This document shows, piece after piece, positions 29,411 through 37,796 of a stretch of 64,000 nucleotides of DNA. Each line of letters begins with the position of its first letter. The stretch's first letter is position 1. The DNA comes from an uncultured Rickettsiales bacterium. GTDB taxonomy: Bacteria; Pseudomonadota; Alphaproteobacteria; Rickettsiales; Deianiraeaceae. The notes beneath the pieces are model-generated. The model searched no databases. It saw nothing but the letters and a program-made list of their open reading frames with translations, and had not been told where the DNA came from. Made by a program: the position numbers and the translations under genes. The DNA lies in contig CAMKKS010000001.1 in assembly GCA_946413485.1 (NCBI GenBank), positions 4,749-68,748 of the forward strand, written 5' to 3'.

Positions 29411-29691
29411 TATAAATCCTCGTAGTATGCTATAAATTCGTTTTCCTCGTCATAAACCTTTAAATATTCTCGGTTTTTCTCAATTTTAATGTTTATGACC
29501 AATTCTTGACCTTTGTTAAAATATTTATGAAAAGGGTTTAAAACAGTGACATATAAACCGATGTCGTCTTCTCCAATTTTTCCTTGAAAAGCCGGCGAAC
29601 CGTCTAATCTTTTAAATCTTAAGATTTTTCCTACATACTTTTCTTTATACTCTCGGTTAACACTTTCTAAAATATAGTCTTTAAAATTCAT
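29410..29691 (-). CDS. CTS-leader protein (internal-protein candidate)
   Basis: 93 aa; MNFKDYILE/SVN. Confidence 0.6.
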   Translation of the reverse strand: MNFKDYILESVNREYKEKYVGKILRFKRLDGSPAFQGKIGEDDIGLYVTVLNPFHKYFNKGQELVINIKIEKNREYLKVYDEENEFIAYYEDL

Positions 29692-29704
29692 TTTATAAAT
29701 CCTT

Positions 29705-29729
29705 AAAAGGCACTTTTAAAGTGCCTTTA
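29705..29729 (-). terminator. rho-independent terminator after sheath gene
   Basis: AAAGGCAC-TTTAAAA-GTGCCTTTT on the minus strand. Confidence 0.6.
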
Positions 29730-29734
29730 AAAAA

Positions 29735-32203
29735 TTATTCAGTTACAACAACATTAAAGTTATTAACACCTACGTTGATAAATGTTAAATGAATAAATTC
29801 AGCAACATAAGTAGGCTTGATGTAAATATCCACATTCAGTTTATTTTCAGCAATAATCTGAGGAGTATTATTCGAAGTATCGCAAACAACTTTGAATTCT
29901 GTTATACCTCGTCCTGCCTGAACCTGTGCTAAATATGGTTTAATTGTTGAAATAACTTTGTTTCTTGTGAAAGCGTCATTAAATTCAAATACTGAATATC
30001 TGGACATTCTCGCTAAAGTTCTTTCGATTGTATTAAACAAGCATCTGATATTCACACGGTTAAACGATGAGTTGCGGTTCAACATTGTTTTCTGACCCCA
30101 AAGAACAGTGCCCTCACCTGGGAATGTGATAACAGGGTTAATTCCGTTAGTGTACAAAGTTCCACGTTGAGTCTGATTTGGAGCGTAAGCTAATTTTGTA
30201 ACATTCTTTAACTGACCACGATCTAAACCGGCAGCTGCCCACCACGAATCGTTTTCAGTTGAACATTTTGCTCTTAAACCTGCACAGTCACCGGCAATAT
30301 TCAACCATCTATAAACATCGTTATAACGGTCATACTGATATTTATAATTAGCACAAAGATTTATCCACATCGAATTGTAGTTTATAGAGTTTCTGAATTT
30401 TACAATGTTTGATGTTGCTGTGGACGCTTTTTGACCAACACAGATATTTGAACCGGCATACTCTAAAGGAATTCCACAATAAGCGATACAATCTTGACGC
30501 GTTTCAGCCAGATTTAACGCGCTTCGACCGTTGTCAAGTTCGTTTGCGATAATAATATCAACATCAATATCTTCTTTGTTATCGAAAACTTCGAAAGCTT
30601 CCATCAAATCGTCTTCTTGAATTTCAGAATCAGAAGCACATTCTAATGTTAAAGAACGTCCATAATATTGATTATTGATTGAATCATAGATAAAACAATA
30701 TGACGAAATGTTAGGAACTGTCATAGTTTGAGTTCTGTAAACAGGATTTCCTAAATAATCCAAAACTTGAACTAAATTGCCGTTTGGATCTTTAGCGGTT
30801 TTAACAATTTTATTACCGTAAACATCGAGAATATACTGCTCAACCTGAACGGAATAATCTTTTGCAACATTATCTTTAACATAAACAAGGTTTGACTGAC
30901 GGTTAATAATATCTTCTATATACATAGAATTATTATAGGCATCAACTTCTTTAGGGTCTAAAGAACATAACCATGTTTCTTTGATTTCAAGTTCAATCGG
31001 GTCGTAAATTACAACTGCGATCTGAGCAGAACCTAATTTAGGAGCATATTCGAACAATCCATCAATTGTTATTCCTTCGCAGACATATTTTGTACAATGA
31101 TTTCCTACAAATCTTGTGTCGTTAACAGCAAAATCCTGAGGAGTACAGATACAAATTCTGTATTTCGCGTCTTCAGTTCCTGGAGTTTTTGAGAAGAATT
31201 TTAATTTAGCAGAAACATTTGAAAATGCTAAAGAATCTTTTATTAAAGAAAAATGATCATCATTTTTAATCTGACGATTGAGCTTGAATAAAAATCCTGC
31301 ATCTTCTACAGTCGGGGTATTTTTCTCGTAAACTTCATAATTTTCGGTATACCACTCACCTGTGTTAATATCTTCTTTATCAACAGTCTTTGTTTTCTTT
31401 TGAGGATTATAATAAGCTGTTCTGTCAAGATATTCAGGAATTCTGAAAGGAATTGAGTATGTTGCCTTCTTTGTTTTCTTCCAATCAATCTGAAGCTCTT
31501 GAGCGGACTCATAATCTAAAGCTTCTGTTGAACCATTAACGGCAATATCAATTTTGAATAAAGGGGTGTTCGGAACAGCTGTAACTTCGCGATTATCAAC
31601 AATCATTGTCGGCGCTCTGTCTAATTTGATAGCATAAATTTTTTCCCGAACTTGAACTTGTGTTACAATTCCGTTTGCGTCAACCTGATCAATAATTCTT
31701 GTGATAGTGTCTTCAAGATAAGCTAAAACTTTGAATTTAGGATATGAGGCGTCTACAACATCAACTTCAGAATTTCCGAATGAAACAATATCACCGGTTT
31801 GAACATCAACATGTTTATCAACAAACGCCCATGAAACATCTGAAGTAATACCGTAAGTTGAAGTTCCGAATTCCTGAATACCCCAACCTTCTAAAGAGTT
31901 AAACTCTAAGAAAGCAGTATCTAAATTTTCAGCAGCGCCGTTAACATTACAGGCTCTTGAAATAAGAAGATTGTCAGCATACTGTAAAAAATTGTAACAC
32001 TGGAACCAGTCATTATAATTTGAGTTATTTGGTTTTCCGTAAAAACTGATTAACTCATCAACATTTGTAATTTGAGTGTATTTTTCCAACGGACCTTTCG
32101 TGAATTTGCCGGCAAAAACAGTTGTGCACTGTGAGTTATTTGTGGCAACAGTTGAAAGGTCTTTCTCGGTTAAATAAACACCTGGACTAACCATTTCAGT
32201 CAT
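29735..32203 (-). CDS. tail sheath protein (T4 gp18-like)
   Basis: 822 aa; MTEMVSPGVYLTEKDLSTVATNN..VFAGKFTKGP..ITNVDELISFYGKP..CYNFLQYADNLLISRA parallels T4 gp18 MTLLSPGIELKETTVQSTVVNN..ALAGKFQWGP..NFLQYGNDLRVVRA. Confidence 0.9.
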   Translation of the reverse strand: MTEMVSPGVYLTEKDLSTVATNNSQCTTVFAGKFTKGPLEKYTQITNVDELISFYGKPNNSNYNDWFQCYNFLQYADNLLISRACNVNGAAENLDTAFLEFNSLEGWGIQEFGTSTYGITSDVSWAFVDKHVDVQTGDIVSFGNSEVDVVDASYPKFKVLAYLEDTITRIIDQVDANGIVTQVQVREKIYAIKLDRAPTMIVDNREVTAVPNTPLFKIDIAVNGSTEALDYESAQELQIDWKKTKKATYSIPFRIPEYLDRTAYYNPQKKTKTVDKEDINTGEWYTENYEVYEKNTPTVEDAGFLFKLNRQIKNDDHFSLIKDSLAFSNVSAKLKFFSKTPGTEDAKYRICICTPQDFAVNDTRFVGNHCTKYVCEGITIDGLFEYAPKLGSAQIAVVIYDPIELEIKETWLCSLDPKEVDAYNNSMYIEDIINRQSNLVYVKDNVAKDYSVQVEQYILDVYGNKIVKTAKDPNGNLVQVLDYLGNPVYRTQTMTVPNISSYCFIYDSINNQYYGRSLTLECASDSEIQEDDLMEAFEVFDNKEDIDVDIIIANELDNGRSALNLAETRQDCIAYCGIPLEYAGSNICVGQKASTATSNIVKFRNSINYNSMWINLCANYKYQYDRYNDVYRWLNIAGDCAGLRAKCSTENDSWWAAAGLDRGQLKNVTKLAYAPNQTQRGTLYTNGINPVITFPGEGTVLWGQKTMLNRNSSFNRVNIRCLFNTIERTLARMSRYSVFEFNDAFTRNKVISTIKPYLAQVQAGRGITEFKVVCDTSNNTPQIIAENKLNVDIYIKPTYVAEFIHLTFINVGVNNFNVVVTE

Positions 32204-32237
32204 TTTAATCTCCGATTTTTAAAAGCATTTTTAATTA

Positions 32238-32245
32238 TATTTATA
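32238..32245 (-). promoter_or_regulatory. T4-type late promoter box TATAAATA
   Basis: 35 nt upstream of sheath ATG 32203. Confidence 0.5.
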
Positions 32246-32250
32246 ATATA

Positions 32251-32280
32251 AACACTGAAAACTTCAAGATTTTCAGTGTT
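32251..32280. terminator. hairpin terminator between portal and sheath genes
   Basis: AACACTGAAAA / TTTTCAGTGTT 11-bp stem, T-rich on both sides. Confidence 0.55.
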
Positions 32281-32304
32281 TTTTAAAATTTTATAAATAT
32301 GCTT

Positions 32305-33927
32305 TTAAACATTTTTCAAAAGATCGGCGTATTCTGAATCTTCTAAATCTTCCTCAGAATCTTCTTCTTTATCTTTTGTTATTTTGTTTAAATCATCAGC
32401 TTGAGTTGTGTACTCTTCAATTTCGTCACCGATAATAAATCCTGCATCTTCATAGAGTTTTCTGAAAGCTGGATCTTTGATTTCATGTTTGATATCAATC
32501 AGGTTCTGTTGAATTTCCTGCTCGGTGAATCCAAAAGTCTGTCTCATTAAGTTTGAAAATGACATCACGGTTCCACCGATATCTTTAGCCGAGGACCAGG
32601 AATCAATTTTTCCCTGTAAAACAACAGATTTCATTTTTTCTATAAATAAATTTTCATTAGAAAAAACAATTTCGATATCTGAATCTCTTCTGTTCCATTC
32701 AGACTCTTTTAAAACACCTGTTGAAATTACTTCACGTTTTAAAAGATCTTTAAAGAATTCACAATAAACTTTTCGAACTCTCGAGATAAAGTTCATAAAT
32801 TTAACATCTTCTGTTGTTGTATCGGTAGGGTCAGAAGAGAATGTGTGGTCAGCATCAGGGTCAATATCAAGATGTGAAGATGGAATGTGTAAAGAACGAT
32901 AAAGTTTTTTACAAAAATAGATAATATCTGTCAACTCACCTAAATTTCCGGACTCATCAATAGTTGTAACTTCAGTTCCTCTTGAGCCTGAACGGTTCGC
33001 AAACCAGTAATCTTCCACCATCGATGTGATGTGCTGCTGATTTGTTACTTCACCTGTTTCATTATTATAAAACTTTTTATATCTGAACTGCTTTTGAATA
33101 TCCTTCATGTACTCTTCTGCTCGTTTTGTAGGCAGATCTCCGACGTCAACGTTAAAAACTCGTCTTGACATCGACCGTGAAAATCTTAAAGGAATTAAAA
33201 GATCTTCTAAAGTTTTTAACATATTTGCGGATTTGATAGCATACTCAAGATATGAAAGACACAAATGGTCATGCCAGATACCGAAATCCGTTCTCACAAT
33301 CTCTTCAATCTGATATTCTTCGTCTTCTTTCTTGTTGAAATAAAGATTGCTCAAACCGACATTGTTATCTGCGTATTTCCATGTTTGAGTTTCAGCATCA
33401 AAATAAAACCCTACAGGGTCAATCATTCTGATAGCTTGAATTCCTTTTTTAATTCGTTTAGGGTCATACTCGCAGTGAACAATCATTTGACCATCAATAT
33501 ATGAACGTCTGATAAAATCAAAAAGGTTCTTATTAAAATTACCTAATTTAATAATCTTTTTCCATGCTTTTTCAAAACCTTTTTGAAGCTTTTGATTTTT
33601 ATCATTAAGATTGAACTTTAAAGGAAAACCATCATAGCTGAAAATAATTTCGTCAACAATGATATCAATAGCGTTTGTCACTTCTGCCTGCATCGCTACT
33701 TGACGATATGACATTATTTTTTCCATCTGTTTTAAGATTAAATCTGTTCTGTCAACCGATGTAAAATACGATGCTGCTTTAGCGTCATAATCGAAAAAGT
33801 CATTAAATCTCCCTGGACCTGTATCATCAGAAAGGTTGTTTATAACCTTCTCAGGATTTACAGTTGAAGATGCTTTAGTTTTTTTATGAGGGGTGAAAAA
33901 ATTTTTAAATTGTTCAAGTAATAACAT
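32305..33927 (-). CDS. portal protein (T4 gp20-like)
   Basis: 540 aa; DPKRIKKGIQAIRMIDP, LEDLLIPLRFSRS..RRVFNVDVGDLP..AEEYMKDIQ, NQQHITSMVEDYWFANRSG..TEVTTI parallel T4 gp20 ([72 protein letters not shown]). Confidence 0.9.
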   Translation of the reverse strand: MLLLEQFKNFFTPHKKTKASSTVNPEKVINNLSDDTGPGRFNDFFDYDAKAASYFTSVDRTDLILKQMEKIMSYRQVAMQAEVTNAIDIIVDEIIFSYDGFPLKFNLNDKNQKLQKGFEKAWKKIIKLGNFNKNLFDFIRRSYIDGQMIVHCEYDPKRIKKGIQAIRMIDPVGFYFDAETQTWKYADNNVGLSNLYFNKKEDEEYQIEEIVRTDFGIWHDHLCLSYLEYAIKSANMLKTLEDLLIPLRFSRSMSRRVFNVDVGDLPTKRAEEYMKDIQKQFRYKKFYNNETGEVTNQQHITSMVEDYWFANRSGSRGTEVTTIDESGNLGELTDIIYFCKKLYRSLHIPSSHLDIDPDADHTFSSDPTDTTTEDVKFMNFISRVRKVYCEFFKDLLKREVISTGVLKESEWNRRDSDIEIVFSNENLFIEKMKSVVLQGKIDSWSSAKDIGGTVMSFSNLMRQTFGFTEQEIQQNLIDIKHEIKDPAFRKLYEDAGFIIGDEIEEYTTQADDLNKITKDKEEDSEEDLEDSEYADLLKNV

Positions 33928-33955
33928 ATTTTAAATCTCTTAAAATGTTTTAAAT

Positions 33956-33963
33956 TATTTATA
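33956..33963 (-). promoter_or_regulatory. T4-type late promoter box TATAAATA
   Basis: 29 nt upstream of portal ATG 33927; the motif is palindromic here (TTATTTATAAATAA). Confidence 0.5.
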
Positions 33964-33996
33964 AATAATTTCAGAACTTAAATGAATTTAAAAAAT

Positions 33997-34029
33997 ACGT
34001 AATAGACTTTTCATAAAAGCTCATTACGT
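33997..34029. repeat. ACGTAAT hairpin (reverse orientation)
   Basis: ACGTAATAGACTTTTCATAAAAGCTCATTACGT; followed by TTGATA..TTCTTTATATAAAGAA..TATAAA in front of + strand gene 34099. Confidence 0.6.
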
Positions 34030-34098
34030 TATAAAAAAATTTTTTTTTGATATTCTTTATATAAAGAATATATAAAAATATTTTAAAGGAATCTTAAA

Positions 34099-34839
34099 AT
34101 GAATTTTAATTTCACTCACTCAAATGAGTATTCTTTAAATAACTCACTTATTTGTGAGTGTATTAAACTTTACGGAATAGAAGCAAAACTGTTAAAAACA
34201 GAAAAAATCAACCTTGATAAAGAAGTTTTTGGAGACTGGTCTTCGATAAAGACAAATTCTTCTGATGTTTTCACAATTCATTTGCTGCCTGATAATGCTG
34301 AAAATTTTGATTTTTCTAACTATCAGTTTGGAGATTTTGGATTTTTAAACACTGAACAAACATCAGTTTACTGCTCTGCTCAAGAATGTTTAAAACTCGG
34401 ATTTGATACGAATTCGTTAATGAGTTCTTTAGTTGTTTTACCGTCAAACAAAGTGATGGAAATAACAAATATTGAGATTTTAAATCCTGGGGTTAATAAT
34501 CTCTGGGCATATTCCGACGCCAAGTGTGTTTTTAAACTTTCGTTGAATACTTACAATTTTAAGCTTCATGATGAGATTAAAAATTCTGATATCACAGCAA
34601 CTTTAGACATTCCTGAAAGCAACGAATGTATCAAAGATAAAATAGAAGATGAGATTGACTCTATTGATGCTTTAGATAATTACTTTGAAAAATTGATTAA
34701 AACAAAGAAAGAACAGGATTTTGAAGCTGAAGTTAATGACACTGTTTCAACTGTCGAACCTTTAAAACCGTCTTTAGATAAACGAGTAATGAAACCGGTT
34801 GTTAATAAGGACGAAATTGACCCGTTCGGATGGAATTAA
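34099..34839 (+). CDS. hypothetical protein, possibly neck/head-completion (position only)
   Basis: 246-aa ORF divergent from the portal gene; no motif I can name with confidence. Confidence 0.4.
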   Translation: MNFNFTHSNEYSLNNSLICECIKLYGIEAKLLKTEKINLDKEVFGDWSSIKTNSSDVFTIHLLPDNAENFDFSNYQFGDFGFLNTEQTSVYCSAQECLKLGFDTNSLMSSLVVLPSNKVMEITNIEILNPGVNNLWAYSDAKCVFKLSLNTYNFKLHDEIKNSDITATLDIPESNECIKDKIEDEIDSIDALDNYFEKLIKTKKEQDFEAEVNDTVSTVEPLKPSLDKRVMKPVVNKDEIDPFGWN

Positions 34840-34921
34840 ATCTTTTTCTGCTTAAATGTGATAAAATAAGAATAACAAAAAGTGGAAACGATAAAATAAA
34901 GAATAAAATAATAAATTCCAT
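34802..34921 (-). CDS. small hydrophobic peptide (39 aa, not in ORF track)
   Basis: AAGAGG SD, ATG 34921; MEFIILFFILSFPLFVILILSHLSRKRFNSIRTGQFRPY; overlaps the 3' end of 34099-34839. Confidence 0.35.
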   Translation of the reverse strand: MEFIILFFILSFPLFVILILSHLSRKRFNSIRTGQFRPY

Positions 34922-35000
34922 TTTGACCTCTTTTAAGAGTATTTATTTGAAATATTTTTAAATATTCTTTATATAAGGAAATTGAATTTTTTTAAAAATA

Positions 35001-35033
35001 ACGTAATGAGCTTTTATGAAAAGTCTATTACGT
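35001..35033. repeat. ACGTAAT hairpin preceded by TATATAAGGAAATTGAATTTTTTT box
   Basis: ACGTAATGAGCTTTTATGAAAAGTCTATTACGT. Confidence 0.6.
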
Positions 35034-35046
35034 TGTATTTTAAGTG

Positions 35047-35074
35047 TTTACAAAAAATTATTTTGTAGTATAAT
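35047..35074 (+). promoter_or_regulatory. sigma70-type promoter TTTACA-N16-TATAAT
   Basis: TTTACA 35047-35052, TATAAT 35069-35074, GGAAGGAG SD, ATG 35100. Confidence 0.65.
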
Positions 35075-35099
35075 AAAATTTTACTGGAAGGAGTTTATT

Positions 35100-35267
35100 A
35101 TGAAAATTAAGATTAAAGTTCCTAAGGAACGAAATTTTGTCGCCAAGTATGATTGTTTAATCAATAAAGCAAAAACTTTTAAGGACAGAAAGAAAGCTCT
35201 AAAGAAAGGCTATGCTAAACATAAAAAAGCCATTTTTGATGGCTTTTCAAAATTTTTTAAAAAGTAA
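35100..35267 (+). CDS. small lysine-rich basic protein (55 aa)
   Basis: MKIKIKVPKERNFVAKYDCLINKAKTFKDRKKALKKGYAKHKKAIFDGFSKFFKK; the track start 35016 would lie upstream of the promoter and inside the hairpin. Confidence 0.55.
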   Translation: MKIKIKVPKERNFVAKYDCLINKAKTFKDRKKALKKGYAKHKKAIFDGFSKFFKK

Positions 35268-35321
35268 ATTTTTTTTTGAGTTTATTTTTTAAAGTGTTTT
35301 GAAGTTCATTCTACAATAATA

Positions 35322-35354
35322 ACGTAATGAAGATTTTATAAAAGCTCATTACGT
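35322..35354. repeat. ACGTAAT hairpin
   Basis: ACGTAATGAAGATTTTATAAAAGCTCATTACGT. Confidence 0.55.
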
Positions 35355-35398
35355 TATTTTTGAAGGTTCTTAAAAATGTTTTTATATATTATTATATA

Positions 35399-35968
35399 TT
35401 AAATAACTAAAATTTTTTTAATTCGTTGAAGGTTTGCTAAACGGTCTTCATAACCATTTAAACCACCGTTTATTTTCTTTGTTAATGTTTTAAAATCTGA
35501 GATTTCATAAAGTTTGTTTGTTTCCCAGAACCAAATAGCGGATTCGACAGCGCCTTTTAATGTTTCCAAATATTCAGGGTCGTTTTCGTGGCCGAATTTA
35601 GCATAATTCGTTTTTCCTGTGATTTGAATTAAACCGCGTCCTTTGTATCGTGAGCCGTCGTGGGAAATAACAGAACCGTTTCCTAATCTGTTAGCGTAAA
35701 CAATATCAGCAATCTCATCAGGTTTTCTTGCGTATTTCAAGGCAGATTCTTTGTTAAAATATTTAGGAAAAACTTTTAACAATCCATCTGCGGAATAATT
35801 AAGATTTTCTTTTAAAACAGCAAATCCAGCGGATTCGTGAGCACACTGAGCTAAAAACTGATATTTAGATTCTGTCGACCAGTCTTTAAAATTCAATTCT
35901 CTTTCGAGAACATCAAAAATTCCTTCTTTAGCTTTAGGAAAAACTGTTTTTAATTTAGATAAATTCAT
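35399..35968 (-). CDS. endolysin, glycoside hydrolase family 19 (chitinase-like)
   Basis: QFLAQCAHESAGF, YKGRGLIQITGKTNY, SAIWFWETNKL, INGGLNGYEDR; start placed at MNLSKLK (AAGGTG SD); the track start 36025 is an alternative. Confidence 0.85.
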   Translation of the reverse strand: MNLSKLKTVFPKAKEGIFDVLERELNFKDWSTESKYQFLAQCAHESAGFAVLKENLNYSADGLLKVFPKYFNKESALKYARKPDEIADIVYANRLGNGSVISHDGSRYKGRGLIQITGKTNYAKFGHENDPEYLETLKGAVESAIWFWETNKLYEISDFKTLTKKINGGLNGYEDRLANLQRIKKILVI

Positions 35969-36014
35969 TTTAGCACCTTTTGAAAGAACTCTTTTGAGCC
36001 TTTTTAAAACATCA

Positions 36015-37115
36015 TTAAAAATCATAACTTAAGAACTTATAATCACCCATTAAATGAGTAGGGAAAACAGTACCATCTTTAGAGCGGATATTTAATTTTA
36101 TTTCAAGAATTCCATCAAGATTTAAAAGAACATCAACTCGCTTCGCTGCACCTTCTTTAGGATAAAGAACTTGAGCTTTTGAGATGTTTGAAGATAATTT
36201 TTTAGCTTTTTCTGGAGTCATTTCAAGAACATGAACTTTGCTTCCCATATCATGTAAAAGAACGTAATTATATCCGATTAAATTATATAAAAAGTTTTTA
36301 AAATCTTTATTATTTAAATTAACATCTACATATTGTTTTTCTTTTACTTTTGAAGATCCCTGATCAAGCCCTTTATATTCAGTGAAAATCTTACAAAATC
36401 TTACTGGTTCAATTCCTAAAAAGTTCAGAAGCTGTAAAGCACCATTAGAAAGTTCTTTAGGATTTCCTGTTTCAGCACATTTTGTCATTTCGGATATTTT
36501 AAGAATTTTCTTTAAACCTAAATTTACGAATGTTACTGAAGGCCCAGCTTTGATAGATAAATACAATTCTCTTTCTCTTCCGCCTGCATCAGTAAAAACT
36601 AAAGTACAGTCAGTGAGAATAGAGCCATCTCCTTCAATTGTTAAAATACCGTTTTGAACATTTGTTTTTCTTGATTTATTTAAAGAACCTTCCTCTCTTA
36701 CGGCAACTAAAGTGCATTCAGGCCATTTTTCTTCGGCAATATCTAAAACTTTTCTCATATAATCTCTTGAGATAAAACCGGTTTTTTGATATTCTTTCCA
36801 TTCAGCTCCGATTTGAGATTCAACTTTAAATCCGCGGTTTTGATAGTTTGAATAAACACCTTTAAAAATCTTATTCCATTTAAGACCGTTAGAGAAAACA
36901 AAATCTGAAATTGCTTCAGGATTGTTATTGTAAATATCCTCAAGCTTGTCGGCATCTTCCTGGGGCAGAATATAACGGTTTTTATCTAAAACTTCTTTTT
37001 CACCAAATCCAATTTCCTTTCCATCTCGGATATCTTTAATAACAAGCTTTCCGTATTTCAAAAAGCGGTTATTCTGCATGTAAGCTTCCGCTAATTCTTT
37101 AAAATTCTTAAACAT
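36015..37115 (-). CDS. nuclease-like protein (possible PD-(D/E)XK), paralogue of 55907-57004, CTS-like N-terminus
   Basis: 366 aa; MFKNFKELAE/A; ILTDCTLVF..RELYLSIKAG; C-terminal blocks LQLLNFLGIEPVRFCKIF, IGYNYVLLHDMGSKVHVLEMT, KLNIRSKDGTVFP shared with 55907-57004. Confidence 0.4.
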   Translation of the reverse strand: MFKNFKELAEAYMQNNRFLKYGKLVIKDIRDGKEIGFGEKEVLDKNRYILPQEDADKLEDIYNNNPEAISDFVFSNGLKWNKIFKGVYSNYQNRGFKVESQIGAEWKEYQKTGFISRDYMRKVLDIAEEKWPECTLVAVREEGSLNKSRKTNVQNGILTIEGDGSILTDCTLVFTDAGGRERELYLSIKAGPSVTFVNLGLKKILKISEMTKCAETGNPKELSNGALQLLNFLGIEPVRFCKIFTEYKGLDQGSSKVKEKQYVDVNLNNKDFKNFLYNLIGYNYVLLHDMGSKVHVLEMTPEKAKKLSSNISKAQVLYPKEGAAKRVDVLLNLDGILEIKLNIRSKDGTVFPTHLMGDYKFLSYDF

Positions 37116-37136
37116 AAAAAATTCCTTTTTTATCTT

Positions 37137-37144
37137 TATTTATA
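37137..37144 (-). promoter_or_regulatory. T4-type late promoter box TATAAATA
   Basis: 22 nt upstream of ATG 37115. Confidence 0.45.
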
Positions 37145-37149
37145 ATAAA

Positions 37150-37180
37150 AGACACTTTAAAATTCTTTAAAGTGCCTTTA
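37150..37180 (-). terminator. terminator after Hsp20 gene
   Basis: GGCACTTTAAA / TTTAAAGTGTC stem then TTTT on the minus strand. Confidence 0.55.
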
Positions 37181-37196
37181 AAATTATTTTAAAATA

Positions 37197-37796
37197 TTAT
37201 GGTTGATATTCTGGTTCTTCTTCTGGTTCTTGAACTGGAGTTTCTGGTTCTGAATTTTCCTGTTCTGGTTCTTCAGAATTACATTTACATTTGCAGTCAC
37301 ATTTTTCTAAAAGATCTGTGTCTTCAGTTGAAATTTCAATCTGTGAAGGATCTTCCTCTTTTGGAGTAACCACAATTGTCAGCAAACCGTTCACATATTT
37401 TGAAGATATGTCACAATCCATATAAGTATCAGGAAGTCTGAAAATTCTCTCTGCATCTTTAAAGGATATATTCTGTTGAACCCATGTAATATTCGGATTG
37501 CAGCATGAGCATTTACAGTTTCGGCTGTCTAAACTCTTATGCGAATCTTCGATGGTTGCGACAACTTTTATCACATTTCCAACATAGGTTAATTTGATAT
37601 TTTCCGGCTTAAATCCAGCTAAAGCAATGGTAAATACAAGCTTTTTACCGGCATAACCGATGTTTGTTAACGGATATCTCTGAACTTCAGATTTTTCATT
37701 AAAAGGATCCTTGAGAAGTTTCTCTGCTTCAGAAAGGATAGTGTGAAGTGGGAATTTAGTTAAATTGTTGTCATTATAGTTTCTTACGTAGTACAT
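37197..37796 (-). CDS. small heat-shock protein (Hsp20 / alpha-crystallin domain) with Cys-cluster inserts
   Basis: ..YPLTNIGYAGKKLVFTIALAGFKPENIKLTYVGNVIKVVATIE..FRLPDTY..SSKYVNGLLTIVVTPKE; CKCSCCNP insert and CDCKCKC plus an acidic/Pro tail. Confidence 0.75.
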   Translation of the reverse strand: MYYVRNYNDNNLTKFPLHTILSEAEKLLKDPFNEKSEVQRYPLTNIGYAGKKLVFTIALAGFKPENIKLTYVGNVIKVVATIEDSHKSLDSRNCKCSCCNPNITWVQQNISFKDAERIFRLPDTYMDCDISSKYVNGLLTIVVTPKEEDPSQIEISTEDTDLLEKCDCKCKCNSEEPEQENSEPETPVQEPEEEPEYQP

